From: Kiloniellaceae bacterium
GTDB taxonomy: Bacteria > Pseudomonadota > Alphaproteobacteria > Kiloniellales > J153
Assembly: GCA_021776115.1 (NCBI GenBank)
Contig: JAJFGN010000045.1
Location: 3,649 to 67,648, forward strand
Reading direction: 5' to 3'
Length of the DNA stretch: 64,000 nt
Shown in pieces: positions 18,458 through 28,341 of the stretch; positions within the stretch are counted from its first letter, which is position 1, and every line of letters begins with the position of its first letter. Both the position numbers and the translations under genes were made by a program. The notes beneath the pieces are model-generated. The model saw nothing but the letters and a program-made list of their open reading frames with translations. It was not told the DNA's origin and did no database searches.

Positions 18458-19333
18458 ATGATCCCAATATTTGACGGCCTTGCCCCGCTCGCCGAGCGCT
18501 ATGACGGCTTTATCGTCGATCTTTGGGGCGTGATGCACGATGGCGTACACGCCTTTCCGGCCGCTATCGACTGCCTGGAGCGCCTTCGCGCGGCGGGCAA
18601 ACGTATTGTGATCTTATCGAATGCGCCGCGCCGCGTTTCCGCGATTTTGGCGCGTAATGAGGAGTTGGGTCTGTCGCCGGCGCTGTCCCATGCCGTGATG
18701 TCGTCGGGAGAGGATGCTTGGCGTCATCTCGCGCAGCGGCCCGACGATTGGTATCGCGCGCTTGGTTCGCGCTGTTACCACCTGGGACCGGAGCGCGATT
18801 TCAATATGCGCGAGGGGCTCGACTATGCCTTCGTCGACGACTTGGCCGAGGCCGATTTCGTGCTCACTACCGGATCGCTCGGTTCGGAAGATCAGGTCGG
18901 CGACTATGAGGGTTTCTTGCGGGCTGCCGCCGGACATCGGCTGCCGATGATCTGCGCCAACCCCGATCTTGAAGTCATGCGCGGAGAGCACCGGGAAATC
19001 TGCGCCGGAGCGATCGCCGCGCGCTACCAGGAAATCGGCGCCAAGGTGCGTTATCACGGAAAGCCGCACATCGGCATCTATGACGCCTGTTTCGACGTTC
19101 TAGGAGAAGTGCCTCCTGCGCGCATTGCGGCGGTCGGGGATTCCTTGCGCACCGATATCGCGGGCGCCAACGCCGTGGGCATCGACGGGATCTTCGTTAT
19201 GAGCGGGCTGCAGGCCCGCGACCTGGACGTGGACGATAAGGGCTATGCGACACCGGAACGTCTGGCCGCGCAATGTGCCGCTGAGGGCTACATGCCTGCG
19301 GCCGCGCTTCCGGTATTCCGCTGGTCCCCTTAG
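18458..19333 (+). CDS. HAD-IIA family hydrolase (TIGR01459-like sugar phosphatase)
   Basis: YDGFIVDLWGVMHDG (DxWG motif I variant), ILSNAPRR, and CANPDL...GKPH...AVGDSLRTDIAGA. Confidence 0.85.
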   Translation: MIPIFDGLAPLAERYDGFIVDLWGVMHDGVHAFPAAIDCLERLRAAGKRIVILSNAPRRVSAILARNEELGLSPALSHAVMSSGEDAWRHLAQRPDDWYRALGSRCYHLGPERDFNMREGLDYAFVDDLAEADFVLTTGSLGSEDQVGDYEGFLRAAAGHRLPMICANPDLEVMRGEHREICAGAIAARYQEIGAKVRYHGKPHIGIYDACFDVLGEVPPARIAAVGDSLRTDIAGANAVGIDGIFVMSGLQARDLDVDDKGYATPERLAAQCAAEGYMPAAALPVFRWSP

Positions 19334-19348
19334 CCATGCCATGATCCG

Positions 19349-21181
19349 GTGATGGCCGACCAGCTTTCGTTGCAGGGATCGGAAACCAGCAGGGGTGGGC
19401 AAAGCCGCACCTTTGTCCGGCATTTCCCAGTTCCGCCGGAGGCGATCTGGCCGATTCTTTCCGATACCGCGCGCTTCAACGAAGCCGCCAAGCTGCCGAA
19501 ACACACCATCGAGGAAATCCCCCAAGACGACGGTTCGGTCCAGTACATCGGGCGCGCCCGGATCGGCCCATTCTCCCTAAGCTGGGACGACAAGCCGGTC
19601 AATTGGGTAGCCAACCGCTGGTTCCGGCATTGCCGGGAAATGCGGAACGGGCCGCTTCGTTATCTTTGCGCGCAGTTGAAACTCGTGCGCGAGGGTGAAG
19701 GATGCCGAGCCGACTATACCGTCGAAGCCGCGCCGGCCAATGTCTTGGGCCGGCTCATGCTGGCGACTCGCTTTTTCTCCGCGACTCAAAACATGTTCAT
19801 GGGCCTGGCGGATGAGGCGGAACGGTTCGCGACCGGCGCAAGTCCGACACCGTTCCAATACCGGGCGCCGCCGGTCGAGCCCACCGTGCGCGAGCGGGTC
19901 GATCGCCTGGTCGAGCGGATCGAAGCGTCGAAGCGGGGCCACGGTTTGGCGCGGCGTTTGGCCGACTATGTCTTGCAGTCCCAGGAGGTTGACCTGATCC
20001 GGGTTCGGCCCTTAAGCCTGGCGCGCGATTGGGACGCGTCCCCGCAGAAGTTGATTGAGCTTTGCCTGGAATCGGCCCGCGCCGGTCTTTTGTCGCTGCG
20101 GTGGGATTTACTTTGTCCGAGGTGCCGCGTTGGCAAGGCGGCGGTCGAGGCGCTGGACGAGCTGCCCGAGGGCGCTCATTGCGACACCTGCAATATCTCT
20201 TACGACCGCGATTTTTCGCGCAACGTCGAGGTCGCGTTCGCACCCGCTCCGAACGTCAGGCCCATTGAGGCCGGCGAGTATTGTCTGTTCGGGCCGATGA
20301 GCACGCCGCACATCTGGGTCCAGCTTACGCTCGCTTCAGGTGCGCGCGAGGTTGTCGAGGTTGATCCGCCGCCTGGCCCCTACCGTGCGCGCACTTTGGA
20401 GCCGGGGCCTGAGTTCGATTTCGAGATTGGCGGCGGCGCGGCCTCGGGGATCGTCCTGGACGCGGAGTCCATACGGGCCGAATCGTTAAGCCAAGGTGGC
20501 ACCATCGTTCTGGAAAACCGGAGCGGGCGAAGCAAGACGATTATCGTCGAGGAACTGCATTGGGTCCGAGACGCTCTGACCGCTGACCGTGTGACCACGA
20601 TGCAGGCGTTTCGCGACCTCTTTTCCGACCAGGTCCTGCGCCCCGGGGACGAGGTTTCGGTGGGCCGGGTGACGCTCATGTTCACCGACTTGCGTGGCTC
20701 GACCGCGCTCTATACGGACATCGGGGACGCGGCGGCCTATCATTTAGTACGCGAGCATTTCGCCTTTTTGGCCCGCATCGTGCGGAGCCATGGCGGCGCG
20801 GTGGTCAAGACCATCGGGGACGCGATCATGGCGGCCTTCAGCGACCCCGCCGATGCCTTGCGCGCCGCCCTGGAAGCGCAGCGGGAGGTTGGCGCTTTCA
20901 ACCGCAGCGAAGGGGGGCAAAATTTGGTCATCAAGCTTGGCCTGCACGAGGGGCCGTGCATTGCCGTCACACTGAACGGCCGGCTCGACTATTTCGGGAC
21001 CAGCGTCAACATGGCGGCCCGCCTGCAGGCGCAGAGCCGGGGCGACGATGTCGTGCTCTCCAAGGAGATATTCGCCAATCCGGCAATTGGCGCCCTGCTC
21101 GACGGTATGGCCGTGAGCGAGGAATCGATCCATCTCAAGGGATTCGCCGAGCCGGTAAGTTTCTGCCGCCTCATCGTTTGA
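19349..21181 (+). CDS. Class III adenylate/guanylate cyclase with SRPBCC-like N-terminal and Cys-rich middle domains
   Basis: The C-terminal cyclase core is VTLMFTDLRGSTALYTDIGDAAAYHLVREHF...GGAVVKTIGDAIMAAF...YFGTSVNMAARL. The middle region has CPRC...CDTC. Confidence 0.85.
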   Translation: MMADQLSLQGSETSRGGQSRTFVRHFPVPPEAIWPILSDTARFNEAAKLPKHTIEEIPQDDGSVQYIGRARIGPFSLSWDDKPVNWVANRWFRHCREMRNGPLRYLCAQLKLVREGEGCRADYTVEAAPANVLGRLMLATRFFSATQNMFMGLADEAERFATGASPTPFQYRAPPVEPTVRERVDRLVERIEASKRGHGLARRLADYVLQSQEVDLIRVRPLSLARDWDASPQKLIELCLESARAGLLSLRWDLLCPRCRVGKAAVEALDELPEGAHCDTCNISYDRDFSRNVEVAFAPAPNVRPIEAGEYCLFGPMSTPHIWVQLTLASGAREVVEVDPPPGPYRARTLEPGPEFDFEIGGGAASGIVLDAESIRAESLSQGGTIVLENRSGRSKTIIVEELHWVRDALTADRVTTMQAFRDLFSDQVLRPGDEVSVGRVTLMFTDLRGSTALYTDIGDAAAYHLVREHFAFLARIVRSHGGAVVKTIGDAIMAAFSDPADALRAALEAQREVGAFNRSEGGQNLVIKLGLHEGPCIAVTLNGRLDYFGTSVNMAARLQAQSRGDDVVLSKEIFANPAIGALLDGMAVSEESIHLKGFAEPVSFCRLIV

Positions 21182-21282
21182 GGACGCTCTAGGTTGGTTG
21201 GACTTGAGTCATACCCCCGGCGTATACTGCAGCGCAGCAGACATATTAGGCAGAGATCACCTCAAGAGCCCTGGGATCGAGG

Positions 21283-23439
21283 ATGACCGACTTTCCAAAG
21301 AAATCCTATGAGGATTGGCGGGCGCAGGCCACTAAAGACCTGAGGGGCCGCGATCCGGAAACCCTGATCTGGGAAACGCCGGAAGGCATCGCGGTCAAGC
21401 CGCTATACACGGCCGAGGACCTCGAGGGCCTGGAAACCCTAGACAGCTTGCCCGGGTTCGCGCCTTTCGTCCGGGGGCCGCGGGCGACCATGTACGCCGG
21501 CCGGCCCTGGACCGTGCGCCAATACGCTGGATTCTCGACCGCCGAGGATTCGAATGCCTTCTATCGCCGCAACTTGGCCGGGGGGCAGAAAGGCCTGTCG
21601 GTCGCTTTCGATTTAGCCACGCACCGCGGCTACGATTCCGATCATCCGCGCGTCGTCGGCGATGTTGGCAAGGCGGGCGTCGCGATTGATTCGGTCGAGG
21701 ACATGAGAATCCTTTTCGACGGCATCCCGCTCGACCAAATGTCGGTCAGCATGACTATGAACGGCGCCGTCCTGCCGGTGTTGGCAGGCTATATCGTCGC
21801 CGCCGAAGAACAGGGCGTATCCCAGGACCAGCTTTCCGGCACCATTCAGAACGATATCCTCAAGGAGTTCATGGTCCGCAACACCTATATCTATCCGCCC
21901 GAACCATCTATGCGGATCGTGGCCGATATCATTGAATACACGGCCAGTCATATGCCGAAGTTCAACTCGATTTCGATCTCCGGGTATCACATGCAGGAGG
22001 CCGGCGCGACCTGTGTTCAGGAGTTAGCCTTCACCATCGCCGACGGCATCGAGTACGTGCGCACGGCGGCCTCGCGCGGGCTGGCGGTCGATAGCTTCGC
22101 ACCGCGCCTGTCTTTCTTCTTCGCCATCGGTATGAACTTTTTCATGGAGATCGCGAAGCTGCGGGCCGCGCGTTACCTCTGGGCCGATCTTATGCGGACG
22201 CATTTCGCACCGAAGAAACCCGAATCCCTGATGCTGCGCACGCATTGTCAGACTTCGGGCGTGTCGCTGACCGAGCAGGACCCCTACAACAACATCGTGC
22301 GCACGACGGTCGAGGCGCTGGCGGCGGCTCTGGGTGGCACTCAATCGTTGCACACCAATGCCTTCGACGAAGCGATCGGCTTGCCGACCGAAACCTCGGC
22401 CCGTGTCGCGCGCAATACGCAGCTCATTCTTCAGGAAGAAACCGGCATCGCCAAGGTGGTCGATCCTCTCGCCGGTAGCTATTACATCGAAAGCCTGACT
22501 GCGAGCATGGTGCGCGAGGCGCGCAAGCTGATTGACGAGGTCGAGGCCTTGGGCGGTATGACGAAAGCAGTGGCCAGTGGCATGCCAAAGCTGCGTATCG
22601 AGGACGCGGCGGCACGCAAGCAAGCGCGCATCGACCGGGGTGAGGAGGCCGTGGTCGGAGTCAACAAATACCGCGCGTCCGAGGACGATGAGATTGAGGT
22701 TCTCGATATCGACAACACCGCGGTACGTGAGCAACAGATCGTGCGCCTGAAGAAAATTCGCGCGGCCCGCGATGACAAGGCTTGCCATGCCGCCCTACAG
22801 GCCTTGACCACGGCCGCGCAAGATAAGACCGGTAACTTGCTCGACCTTGCCATCCAAGCGACCCGCGAACGCGCCACGGTGGGTGAAATCTCCGATGCCC
22901 TGGAAAAAATCTACAGCCGGCATCGTGCGACCATCCGCAGCATCGCCGGCGTCTACGGTTCCGCTTACGATGGCGACCAGGGCTTCGCGAAAATCCAAGC
23001 GGAGGTCGACGCCTTCGCCGAGGAAGCCGGCCGGCGTCCGCGCATGCTGGTCGTCAAGCTGGGTCAGGACGGACATGATCGGGGCGCCAAGGTGATCGCC
23101 ACCGCCTTCGCCGATATCGGCTTCGACGTCGATATCGGGCCCTTGTTCCAAACGCCCGACGAGGCGGCCCGCCAGGCCATAGAGAATGACGTGCATGTGA
23201 TTGGCGTGTCCAGCCAGGCGGCCGGGCACAAGACCCTGGTGCCGCACTTGGCAGCCGAACTCAAGAAGGCCGGTGCCGACGACATCGTCATCGTATGTGG
23301 TGGCGTAATTCCGCCACAGGATTACGATTTCCTACTCAAGGCCGGCGCCTCGGCGATTTATGGCCCCGGCACCAACATCCCACAGGCTGCGAGCGAGATT
23401 CTGCAAATCGTTCGTGACCGCCGTGCCGTTGCGGCATGA
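21283..23439 (+). CDS. scpA: Methylmalonyl-CoA mutase (single large chain with C-terminal B12-binding domain)
   Basis: 718 aa with TIM-barrel motifs ([42 protein letters not shown]). The C-terminal cobalamin domain has [11 protein letters not shown] (DxHxxG). Confidence 0.95.
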   Translation: MTDFPKKSYEDWRAQATKDLRGRDPETLIWETPEGIAVKPLYTAEDLEGLETLDSLPGFAPFVRGPRATMYAGRPWTVRQYAGFSTAEDSNAFYRRNLAGGQKGLSVAFDLATHRGYDSDHPRVVGDVGKAGVAIDSVEDMRILFDGIPLDQMSVSMTMNGAVLPVLAGYIVAAEEQGVSQDQLSGTIQNDILKEFMVRNTYIYPPEPSMRIVADIIEYTASHMPKFNSISISGYHMQEAGATCVQELAFTIADGIEYVRTAASRGLAVDSFAPRLSFFFAIGMNFFMEIAKLRAARYLWADLMRTHFAPKKPESLMLRTHCQTSGVSLTEQDPYNNIVRTTVEALAAALGGTQSLHTNAFDEAIGLPTETSARVARNTQLILQEETGIAKVVDPLAGSYYIESLTASMVREARKLIDEVEALGGMTKAVASGMPKLRIEDAAARKQARIDRGEEAVVGVNKYRASEDDEIEVLDIDNTAVREQQIVRLKKIRAARDDKACHAALQALTTAAQDKTGNLLDLAIQATRERATVGEISDALEKIYSRHRATIRSIAGVYGSAYDGDQGFAKIQAEVDAFAEEAGRRPRMLVVKLGQDGHDRGAKVIATAFADIGFDVDIGPLFQTPDEAARQAIENDVHVIGVSSQAAGHKTLVPHLAAELKKAGADDIVIVCGGVIPPQDYDFLLKAGASAIYGPGTNIPQAASEILQIVRDRRAVAA

Positions 23440-23505
23440 GGCGGGGTGTTGCAATTAAGGCCAGAGTTAGCGGTCCTCACCGAAAACCCATAAGATAAGT
23501 TTTAT

Positions 23506-25365
23506 ATGCGACCAACCACCATGGATCCGGGGCAGTTCCACCCCAGCCGGCAGCTGCGCACCCTGCATAATCTCTTGCCGTACCTGTGGCCGCGCGAGCG
23601 CTTCGATTTGCGCCTGCGGGTTGGGCTCGCGATTGTGGCCTTGGTCGGCGCTAAGGTTGCCAACGTTTACGTGCCGGTCCTCCTCAGCAAGGCGGTCGAT
23701 ACGCTGGGCGCGCCCTCCAATCTACTGGTCGCGGTTCCGCTTGCGCTGCTGCTTGCCTATGGCGCGGCGCGGGTCGGCGCGCTCGCGCTGGGCGAGGTAC
23801 GCGATGCGCTCTTTGTTAAGGTCGCCCAGAACGCGATCCGGCGCATCGCGCTTAGCACGTTCCAACACTTGCACGCGCTCTCCTTGCGCTTTCATCTGGA
23901 GCGCCAAACCGGGGCGCTCAGCCGGGCCATGGATCGCGGCACCAAGGGCATCGAGTTCCTTTTATCCTTCGTGCTTTTCAACGTGCTGCCGACCATTGTC
24001 GAAATCCTGCTGGTGTGCGGCATCCTTTGGGTCCTTTTCGATTGGCGTTTCGCGGCGATTACCATGGTCACGATCTGCGTCTACGTTTGGCTGACGTTCA
24101 CAATTACCGAGTGGCGCATTCGGTTGCGCCGGGTGATGAACGAGGCGGATAACGAGGCCAATACCAAGGTTATAGACAGCCTGCTGAATTACGAGACCGT
24201 CAAGTATTTCGGCAACGAAGCCCACGAGGCGCGGCGTTACGATTCGGCGTTGCGGGACTACGAGGGTGCAGCGATTAAAAGCCGCACCAGTTTGTCGGTG
24301 TTGAACGTCGGTCAAGCCGTAGCTGTCGCGGTCGGCATTACTTCGATCATGATTCTGGCGGCCAGCGGGATCGTGCAGGGGCGCATGACTATAGGCGATT
24401 TCGTCATGGTCAACGCCTACATGCTTCAGCTGGCCTTGCCGCTCAACCTCCTGGGCACGGTGTACCGCGAGATCAAGCAGTCCCTGATCGATCTGGAAAC
24501 CATGTTCGACGTGCTGCATTCACCGACGGAGGTCGTGGACCGGCCGGGGGCGCCCGACCTTAAGGTCTCGGGCGGCGAGGTCGTTTTCGATAACGTCGAT
24601 TTCGGTTACGATCCGCGCCGCCCGATCCTGAAGGGCGTTAGCCTTCGCGTTCCGGCCGGCAAGACAGTGGCCATCGTGGGGCCAAGCGGCGCCGGCAAGT
24701 CAACGATCAGCCGCATCCTGTTCCGCTTCTACGACGTGCTGGCGGGGCGGGCCTTAATCGACGGACAAGATATCCGGGAAGTCACGCAGGATTCCTTGCG
24801 TGCCGCCATAGGTATCGTCCCCCAGGACACTGTGCTGTTCAACGACACGGTCTATTACAACATCGCTTACGGCGACCCCAGAGCGAGCCGGGCGCAAGTG
24901 GAAGAGGCGGCGCGCCTGGCGCGCATTCATGACTTTGTGCAAGCTTTGCCCGACGGTTACGACACTATGGTCGGGGAACGGGGCCTGAAGCTATCGGGCG
25001 GCGAGAAGCAGCGTGTCGCCATCGCGCGCGCAATTCTCAAGAAACCGGCGATCCTGATGTTCGACGAGGCGACCTCCGCCCTGGACACCAAGACCGAACG
25101 CGAGATCCAGCGTAGCTTGAGCGAGGTGTCGCGCGGCCGCACAACCCTTACCATCGCCCACCGCCTCTCCACCGTTGTTGAGGCGGACGAGATCGTGGTG
25201 CTCGAGGAAGGCCGCATCGTCGAGCGCGGCCGGCACCGCGGCCTCTTGGCCAAGAACGGCGTCTATGCCGCCATGTGGGCGCGTCAGCAGGCCAGCGGCG
25301 AGGAGGGGGAGGGGCAAGTAGAGGCCCGCGCCATACCAGCGGCGCAAGAGCCGGCGGCGGAGTGA
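23506..25365 (+). CDS. ABC exporter half-transporter, Atm1/ABCB7/HMT1-like
   Basis: N-terminus LHNLLPYLWPRERFDLRLRV, followed by six TM helices. NBD: Walker A GPSGAGKST, signature LSGGEKQRVAIARA, Walker B ILMFDEATS. Confidence 0.9.
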   Translation: MRPTTMDPGQFHPSRQLRTLHNLLPYLWPRERFDLRLRVGLAIVALVGAKVANVYVPVLLSKAVDTLGAPSNLLVAVPLALLLAYGAARVGALALGEVRDALFVKVAQNAIRRIALSTFQHLHALSLRFHLERQTGALSRAMDRGTKGIEFLLSFVLFNVLPTIVEILLVCGILWVLFDWRFAAITMVTICVYVWLTFTITEWRIRLRRVMNEADNEANTKVIDSLLNYETVKYFGNEAHEARRYDSALRDYEGAAIKSRTSLSVLNVGQAVAVAVGITSIMILAASGIVQGRMTIGDFVMVNAYMLQLALPLNLLGTVYREIKQSLIDLETMFDVLHSPTEVVDRPGAPDLKVSGGEVVFDNVDFGYDPRRPILKGVSLRVPAGKTVAIVGPSGAGKSTISRILFRFYDVLAGRALIDGQDIREVTQDSLRAAIGIVPQDTVLFNDTVYYNIAYGDPRASRAQVEEAARLARIHDFVQALPDGYDTMVGERGLKLSGGEKQRVAIARAILKKPAILMFDEATSALDTKTEREIQRSLSEVSRGRTTLTIAHRLSTVVEADEIVVLEEGRIVERGRHRGLLAKNGVYAAMWARQQASGEEGEGQVEARAIPAAQEPAAE

Positions 25366-25439
25366 CCTCACGCCGGGCACATCCCGAAACCGGACCCGTG
25401 GCAACGAAGCGTTAGGGAAGGCTCCGGTACCTTTGGTCC

Positions 25440-25718
25440 ATGTTAACCAAGCTGCTTCAGATGCTTTTCGTGCCCAAGCGCGCGCGGACCAAAATGGCGG
25501 CGCGCCGCACGGCTCCCGCGAAGCTGCCTCCGCCACGCGACCGGCAAGGCGCGCCGGAGCCAGCCGGTGGAGACCGCGACAAGTTGATGACCGATGTCAT
25601 GGCGGTCTATCGGCAACAGCGCGAGGATGTCTACGATACCCTCGACGAGGCCACCAAACGGCAGATCGAAGAGGATGCCGAAAAAGCCTTTGGCCAGGTT
25701 CTCCGCCCGAAAGGGTAA
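25440..25718 (+). CDS. Small hypothetical protein (basic N-terminus, acidic helical C-terminus)
   Basis: 92-codon ORF. In 25560-25718 this frame uses typical codons (gac, gag, atc, ctc, cgc). The competing frame, the N-terminal extension of ORF 25594..26736, is full of rare agg/aga/ata codons. The stop TAA lies 4 nt before the meaB GTG. The true start is uncertain. Confidence 0.45.
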   Translation: MLTKLLQMLFVPKRARTKMAARRTAPAKLPPPRDRQGAPEPAGGDRDKLMTDVMAVYRQQREDVYDTLDEATKRQIEEDAEKAFGQVLRPKG

Positions 25719-25722
25719 GCTT

Positions 25723-26736
25723 GTGAATCTTGCTGAGACCAGCGCCGTCGCCGCTAACGGGGATCTCGCGCGCCGGGTTCTTGCGGGGGAACGCCGGGCG
25801 CTGGCTCAGGCCATTACCCTGGTCGAATCGGCACACCCCGATCACCGGGCCGCGGCGGAAGACCTGCTTGCCCGGGTTCTGCCGCACTCTGGGCAAGCGG
25901 TGCGCCTGGGAATTACCGGCGTGCCCGGCGTCGGCAAATCGACCTTCATCGAAGCTTTCGGGTTGTTCCTGATCGAGGCGGGGCACCGAGTCGCGGTTCT
26001 GGCGGTCGATCCGACCTCGCGGCGCAGCCGGGGCTCGATCCTGGGCGACAAGACGCGGATGGAGGAATTGAGCCGGGCCCCGGCGGCCTTCATTCGGCCG
26101 TCGCCGGCGGGTCACACTCTGGGCGGCGTGGCCCGGCGCACGCGCGAGGCCTTGCTGGTCTGCGAAGCAGCGGGCTTCGATGTGGTCATCGTCGAGACCG
26201 TGGGCGTGGGGCAATCTGAGACGGCGGTGGCCGATATGGTGGATATGTTCCTGCTGCTGCTGCAGCCGGGCGCGGGCGATGAGCTTCAGGGCTTCAAACG
26301 CGGCATCATGGAACTGGCCGACTTGATCGTGGTCAACAAGGCCGATGGCGACCTCGCTACAGCCGCCGAGCGCGCCGCCGCCGAGTACCGGGGCGCCCTC
26401 CAGTTCCTGCGCCCGGCCAGCCGGTCCTGGCGGCCCGAGGTCCTCAAATGCTCGTCCCTGAGCGGCCAAGGCATGACGGAGGTCTGGGCAACGATCGGCC
26501 GTTTCCGGGCCGCCCTCGACGGCAGTGGCGAGTTGGCGGAAAAGCGTGCGGGTCAGGCTTTGGCCTGGATGTGGAGCGAGGTCGGCGAGAGCCTCATGGC
26601 GGCCCTGCGCGGCCATCCGGGCGTCGCGGGACAACTCAAGGGTCTGGAGGCCGAGGTCCGGGCCGGTAACCTAACCCCGACGGCGGCAGCCGAACGGCTC
26701 CTAACCGCCTTTAGGGAGCCATCGGACGGGGCCTAG
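25723..26736 (+). CDS. meaB: Methylmalonyl-CoA mutase-associated GTPase (G3E family)
   Basis: [11 protein letters not shown]..., P-loop [19 protein letters not shown] and NKADG. I prefer the in-frame GTG at 25723 (337 aa, typical MeaB length) over the ATG at 25594. Confidence 0.9.
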   Translation: MNLAETSAVAANGDLARRVLAGERRALAQAITLVESAHPDHRAAAEDLLARVLPHSGQAVRLGITGVPGVGKSTFIEAFGLFLIEAGHRVAVLAVDPTSRRSRGSILGDKTRMEELSRAPAAFIRPSPAGHTLGGVARRTREALLVCEAAGFDVVIVETVGVGQSETAVADMVDMFLLLLQPGAGDELQGFKRGIMELADLIVVNKADGDLATAAERAAAEYRGALQFLRPASRSWRPEVLKCSSLSGQGMTEVWATIGRFRAALDGSGELAEKRAGQALAWMWSEVGESLMAALRGHPGVAGQLKGLEAEVRAGNLTPTAAAERLLTAFREPSDGA

Positions 26737-26762
26737 GTGGGGATTTTGCCCACGTCCCACCC

Positions 26763-26791
26763 TTGACGCCGCTGCGGGGCTGCCGTAAAAA
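26763..26791 (+). promoter_or_regulatory. Putative sigma-70-type promoter for rpmB
   Basis: TTGACG (26763-26768), a 17-nt spacer, then TAAAAA (26786-26791), about 75 nt upstream of the rpmB ATG. Pattern match only. Confidence 0.3.
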
Positions 26792-26866
26792 CGCGGCTGC
26801 ACCGGGCGGGGCTCTGCCCAGTGGTTTCCATTGATGCCCGCAACTAAGAACTTTGGGGTCCGAACG

Positions 26867-27160
26867 ATGGCACGGCGCTGCGATTTTACCGGCAAGGGTG
26901 TGATGGCCGGCAATAACGTCAGTCACGCGAACAACAGGACTCGCCGGCGGTTCCTGCCGAACCTGCAGGAGGCCTCGCTGTTCAGCGACGCTCTGAACAA
27001 GCAGGTCCAGGTCCGGCTCACTACCAGCGCGATCCGTACCGTAGAAAAACGTGGCGGTATCGACGCCTTTCTGCTGTCGACCACCAGCGATAAGCTGGGC
27101 GCTAAGGCGCGGGTGCTTAAGCGTCAAATCCAGAAAGCGGTGGCCAGCAAGGCCGCCTGA
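26867..27160 (+). CDS. rpmB: 50S ribosomal protein L28
   Basis: [34 protein letters not shown] is canonical L28. Start taken at ATG 26867 rather than ORF start 26831. Confidence 0.95.
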   Translation: MARRCDFTGKGVMAGNNVSHANNRTRRRFLPNLQEASLFSDALNKQVQVRLTTSAIRTVEKRGGIDAFLLSTTSDKLGAKARVLKRQIQKAVASKAA

Positions 27161-27180
27161 GTCCTTCTGGACCGCGACAC

Positions 27181-27210
27181 GGGGCCCGCTTTTGCGGGCC
27201 CTTTGTATTT
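27181..27210 (+). terminator. Rho-independent terminator after rpmB (possibly bidirectional)
   Basis: GGGGCCCGC (27181-27189), loop TTTT, GCGGGCCC (27194-27201), then TTTGTATTT. It sits between convergent rpmB and the 27223 gene. Confidence 0.75.
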
Positions 27211-27222
27211 CTGGGTCGCCAG

Positions 27223-28281
27223 CTACTGCCGAAGCACAAAGAGCATCAACAGCGTGCGCTGCAGGACGTTGAAGTTGTCATCCGATATCAGATAGATCAG
27301 CGTTTCGCCGTTGGCGCCCTGGCGCAGGGCGACGCCCTCCATGTTGTCCAGCGGCAGGGGCGGCGCCAGGGTCGCGATCACCTCTCCTTTCAGGCGGACA
27401 CCTGGCCGCACGGCCGCGCCCGGCACCCGGACCAGGCGAATCCGCACGCCTTCCAGCACGTTGAAGAAGCGCTCGACGACAAGAATATCTCCGTCCGGCA
27501 AGCGCGCCGCGCCGGTGGGGCGAAAGTCGCTGTCGCGGGCGTAGGTTAGGCTATGCCATTGCTTTCCCCGTTTTAGGAAGGCTGGGCTCTCCCCGGCACC
27601 TTCCTTGCCTTCCGCGATGGCAAGCAAGTTGCCGCCGCCTAGGTCGCTCAGCGCCTCGATTCCGGAGTTCCGGCCCAGTGCGTTCAAATCTATAGGCGGG
27701 GTCAGGGGCGTGGGTATGCCAGACAATGGTTCTGCCCCCGGCCCGTAACGCCACAGACGGTGGTTGCGCTCGAAGGCGACGGCCAGCGATCCGTCCGGCA
27801 GGCGGGCTAGCGATTCGGCGTCTTTGTCCCAGCGGTCTCCTAGCGGCTTGCCGTTCAGCCCGCGCAGAGGGGCGATGGTTCCGGCGTCGACCCCGATCAG
27901 GTACCCGTCCGCATCGTGGCGTAGCGGAAATGAAAGCCAGCGACCCTTGTCCGATACCGCCGTGACCCGCGTGCCGTCGGGTGAAATCAACAGGGCGGAC
28001 AGCCCGCCGAACCGGGCGTTGGGCGAGCGCAGTTCCAGGCCACCCATCCAGGTGACCTGACCGATACGCGCCGTGTTCGCCCTGTCCGGCGGCAGGGTGA
28101 GCGGTTCGCCGGTCAGGTCCAGGCGGGTGGTTTCATGGGAGGTGGCCGGCGGCGCGGCGCAAGCCTGCAAGGCGAAAACCGCAATCGAACAAGAAAGACA
28201 AACGCCAAGAACCGGATGCCTTTCTTGTACCTGCGTGCTGACATCGTTCACGTTCGCGCGAGGCGTCTCGCCATTTCTCAT
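27223..28281 (-). CDS. Esterase-like activity of phytase family protein, probable lipoprotein
   Basis: The body has beta-propeller-like repeats (SGIEALSDLGGGNLLAIAEGKEG, GDILVVERFFN). The N-terminus has the lipobox-like FALQAC. The start is ambiguous (28281, 28293 or 28326). Confidence 0.7.
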   Translation of the reverse strand: MRNGETPRANVNDVSTQVQERHPVLGVCLSCSIAVFALQACAAPPATSHETTRLDLTGEPLTLPPDRANTARIGQVTWMGGLELRSPNARFGGLSALLISPDGTRVTAVSDKGRWLSFPLRHDADGYLIGVDAGTIAPLRGLNGKPLGDRWDKDAESLARLPDGSLAVAFERNHRLWRYGPGAEPLSGIPTPLTPPIDLNALGRNSGIEALSDLGGGNLLAIAEGKEGAGESPAFLKRGKQWHSLTYARDSDFRPTGAARLPDGDILVVERFFNVLEGVRIRLVRVPGAAVRPGVRLKGEVIATLAPPLPLDNMEGVALRQGANGETLIYLISDDNFNVLQRTLLMLFVLRQ

Positions 28282-28341
28282 GCTAGGCGGCATGATCGCC
28301 CAAATTAAATGTTGAAGCATCGGCATAACCCGGAGGCCCCC

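Noticed and set aside
21182-21282. I looked for a cobalamin riboswitch (B12 box) upstream of scpA, upstream of cobS/cobT, and in 12633-12964.
   Set aside because: I could not find the conserved GCCACUG-type B12 box or the surrounding consensus in any of these regions.
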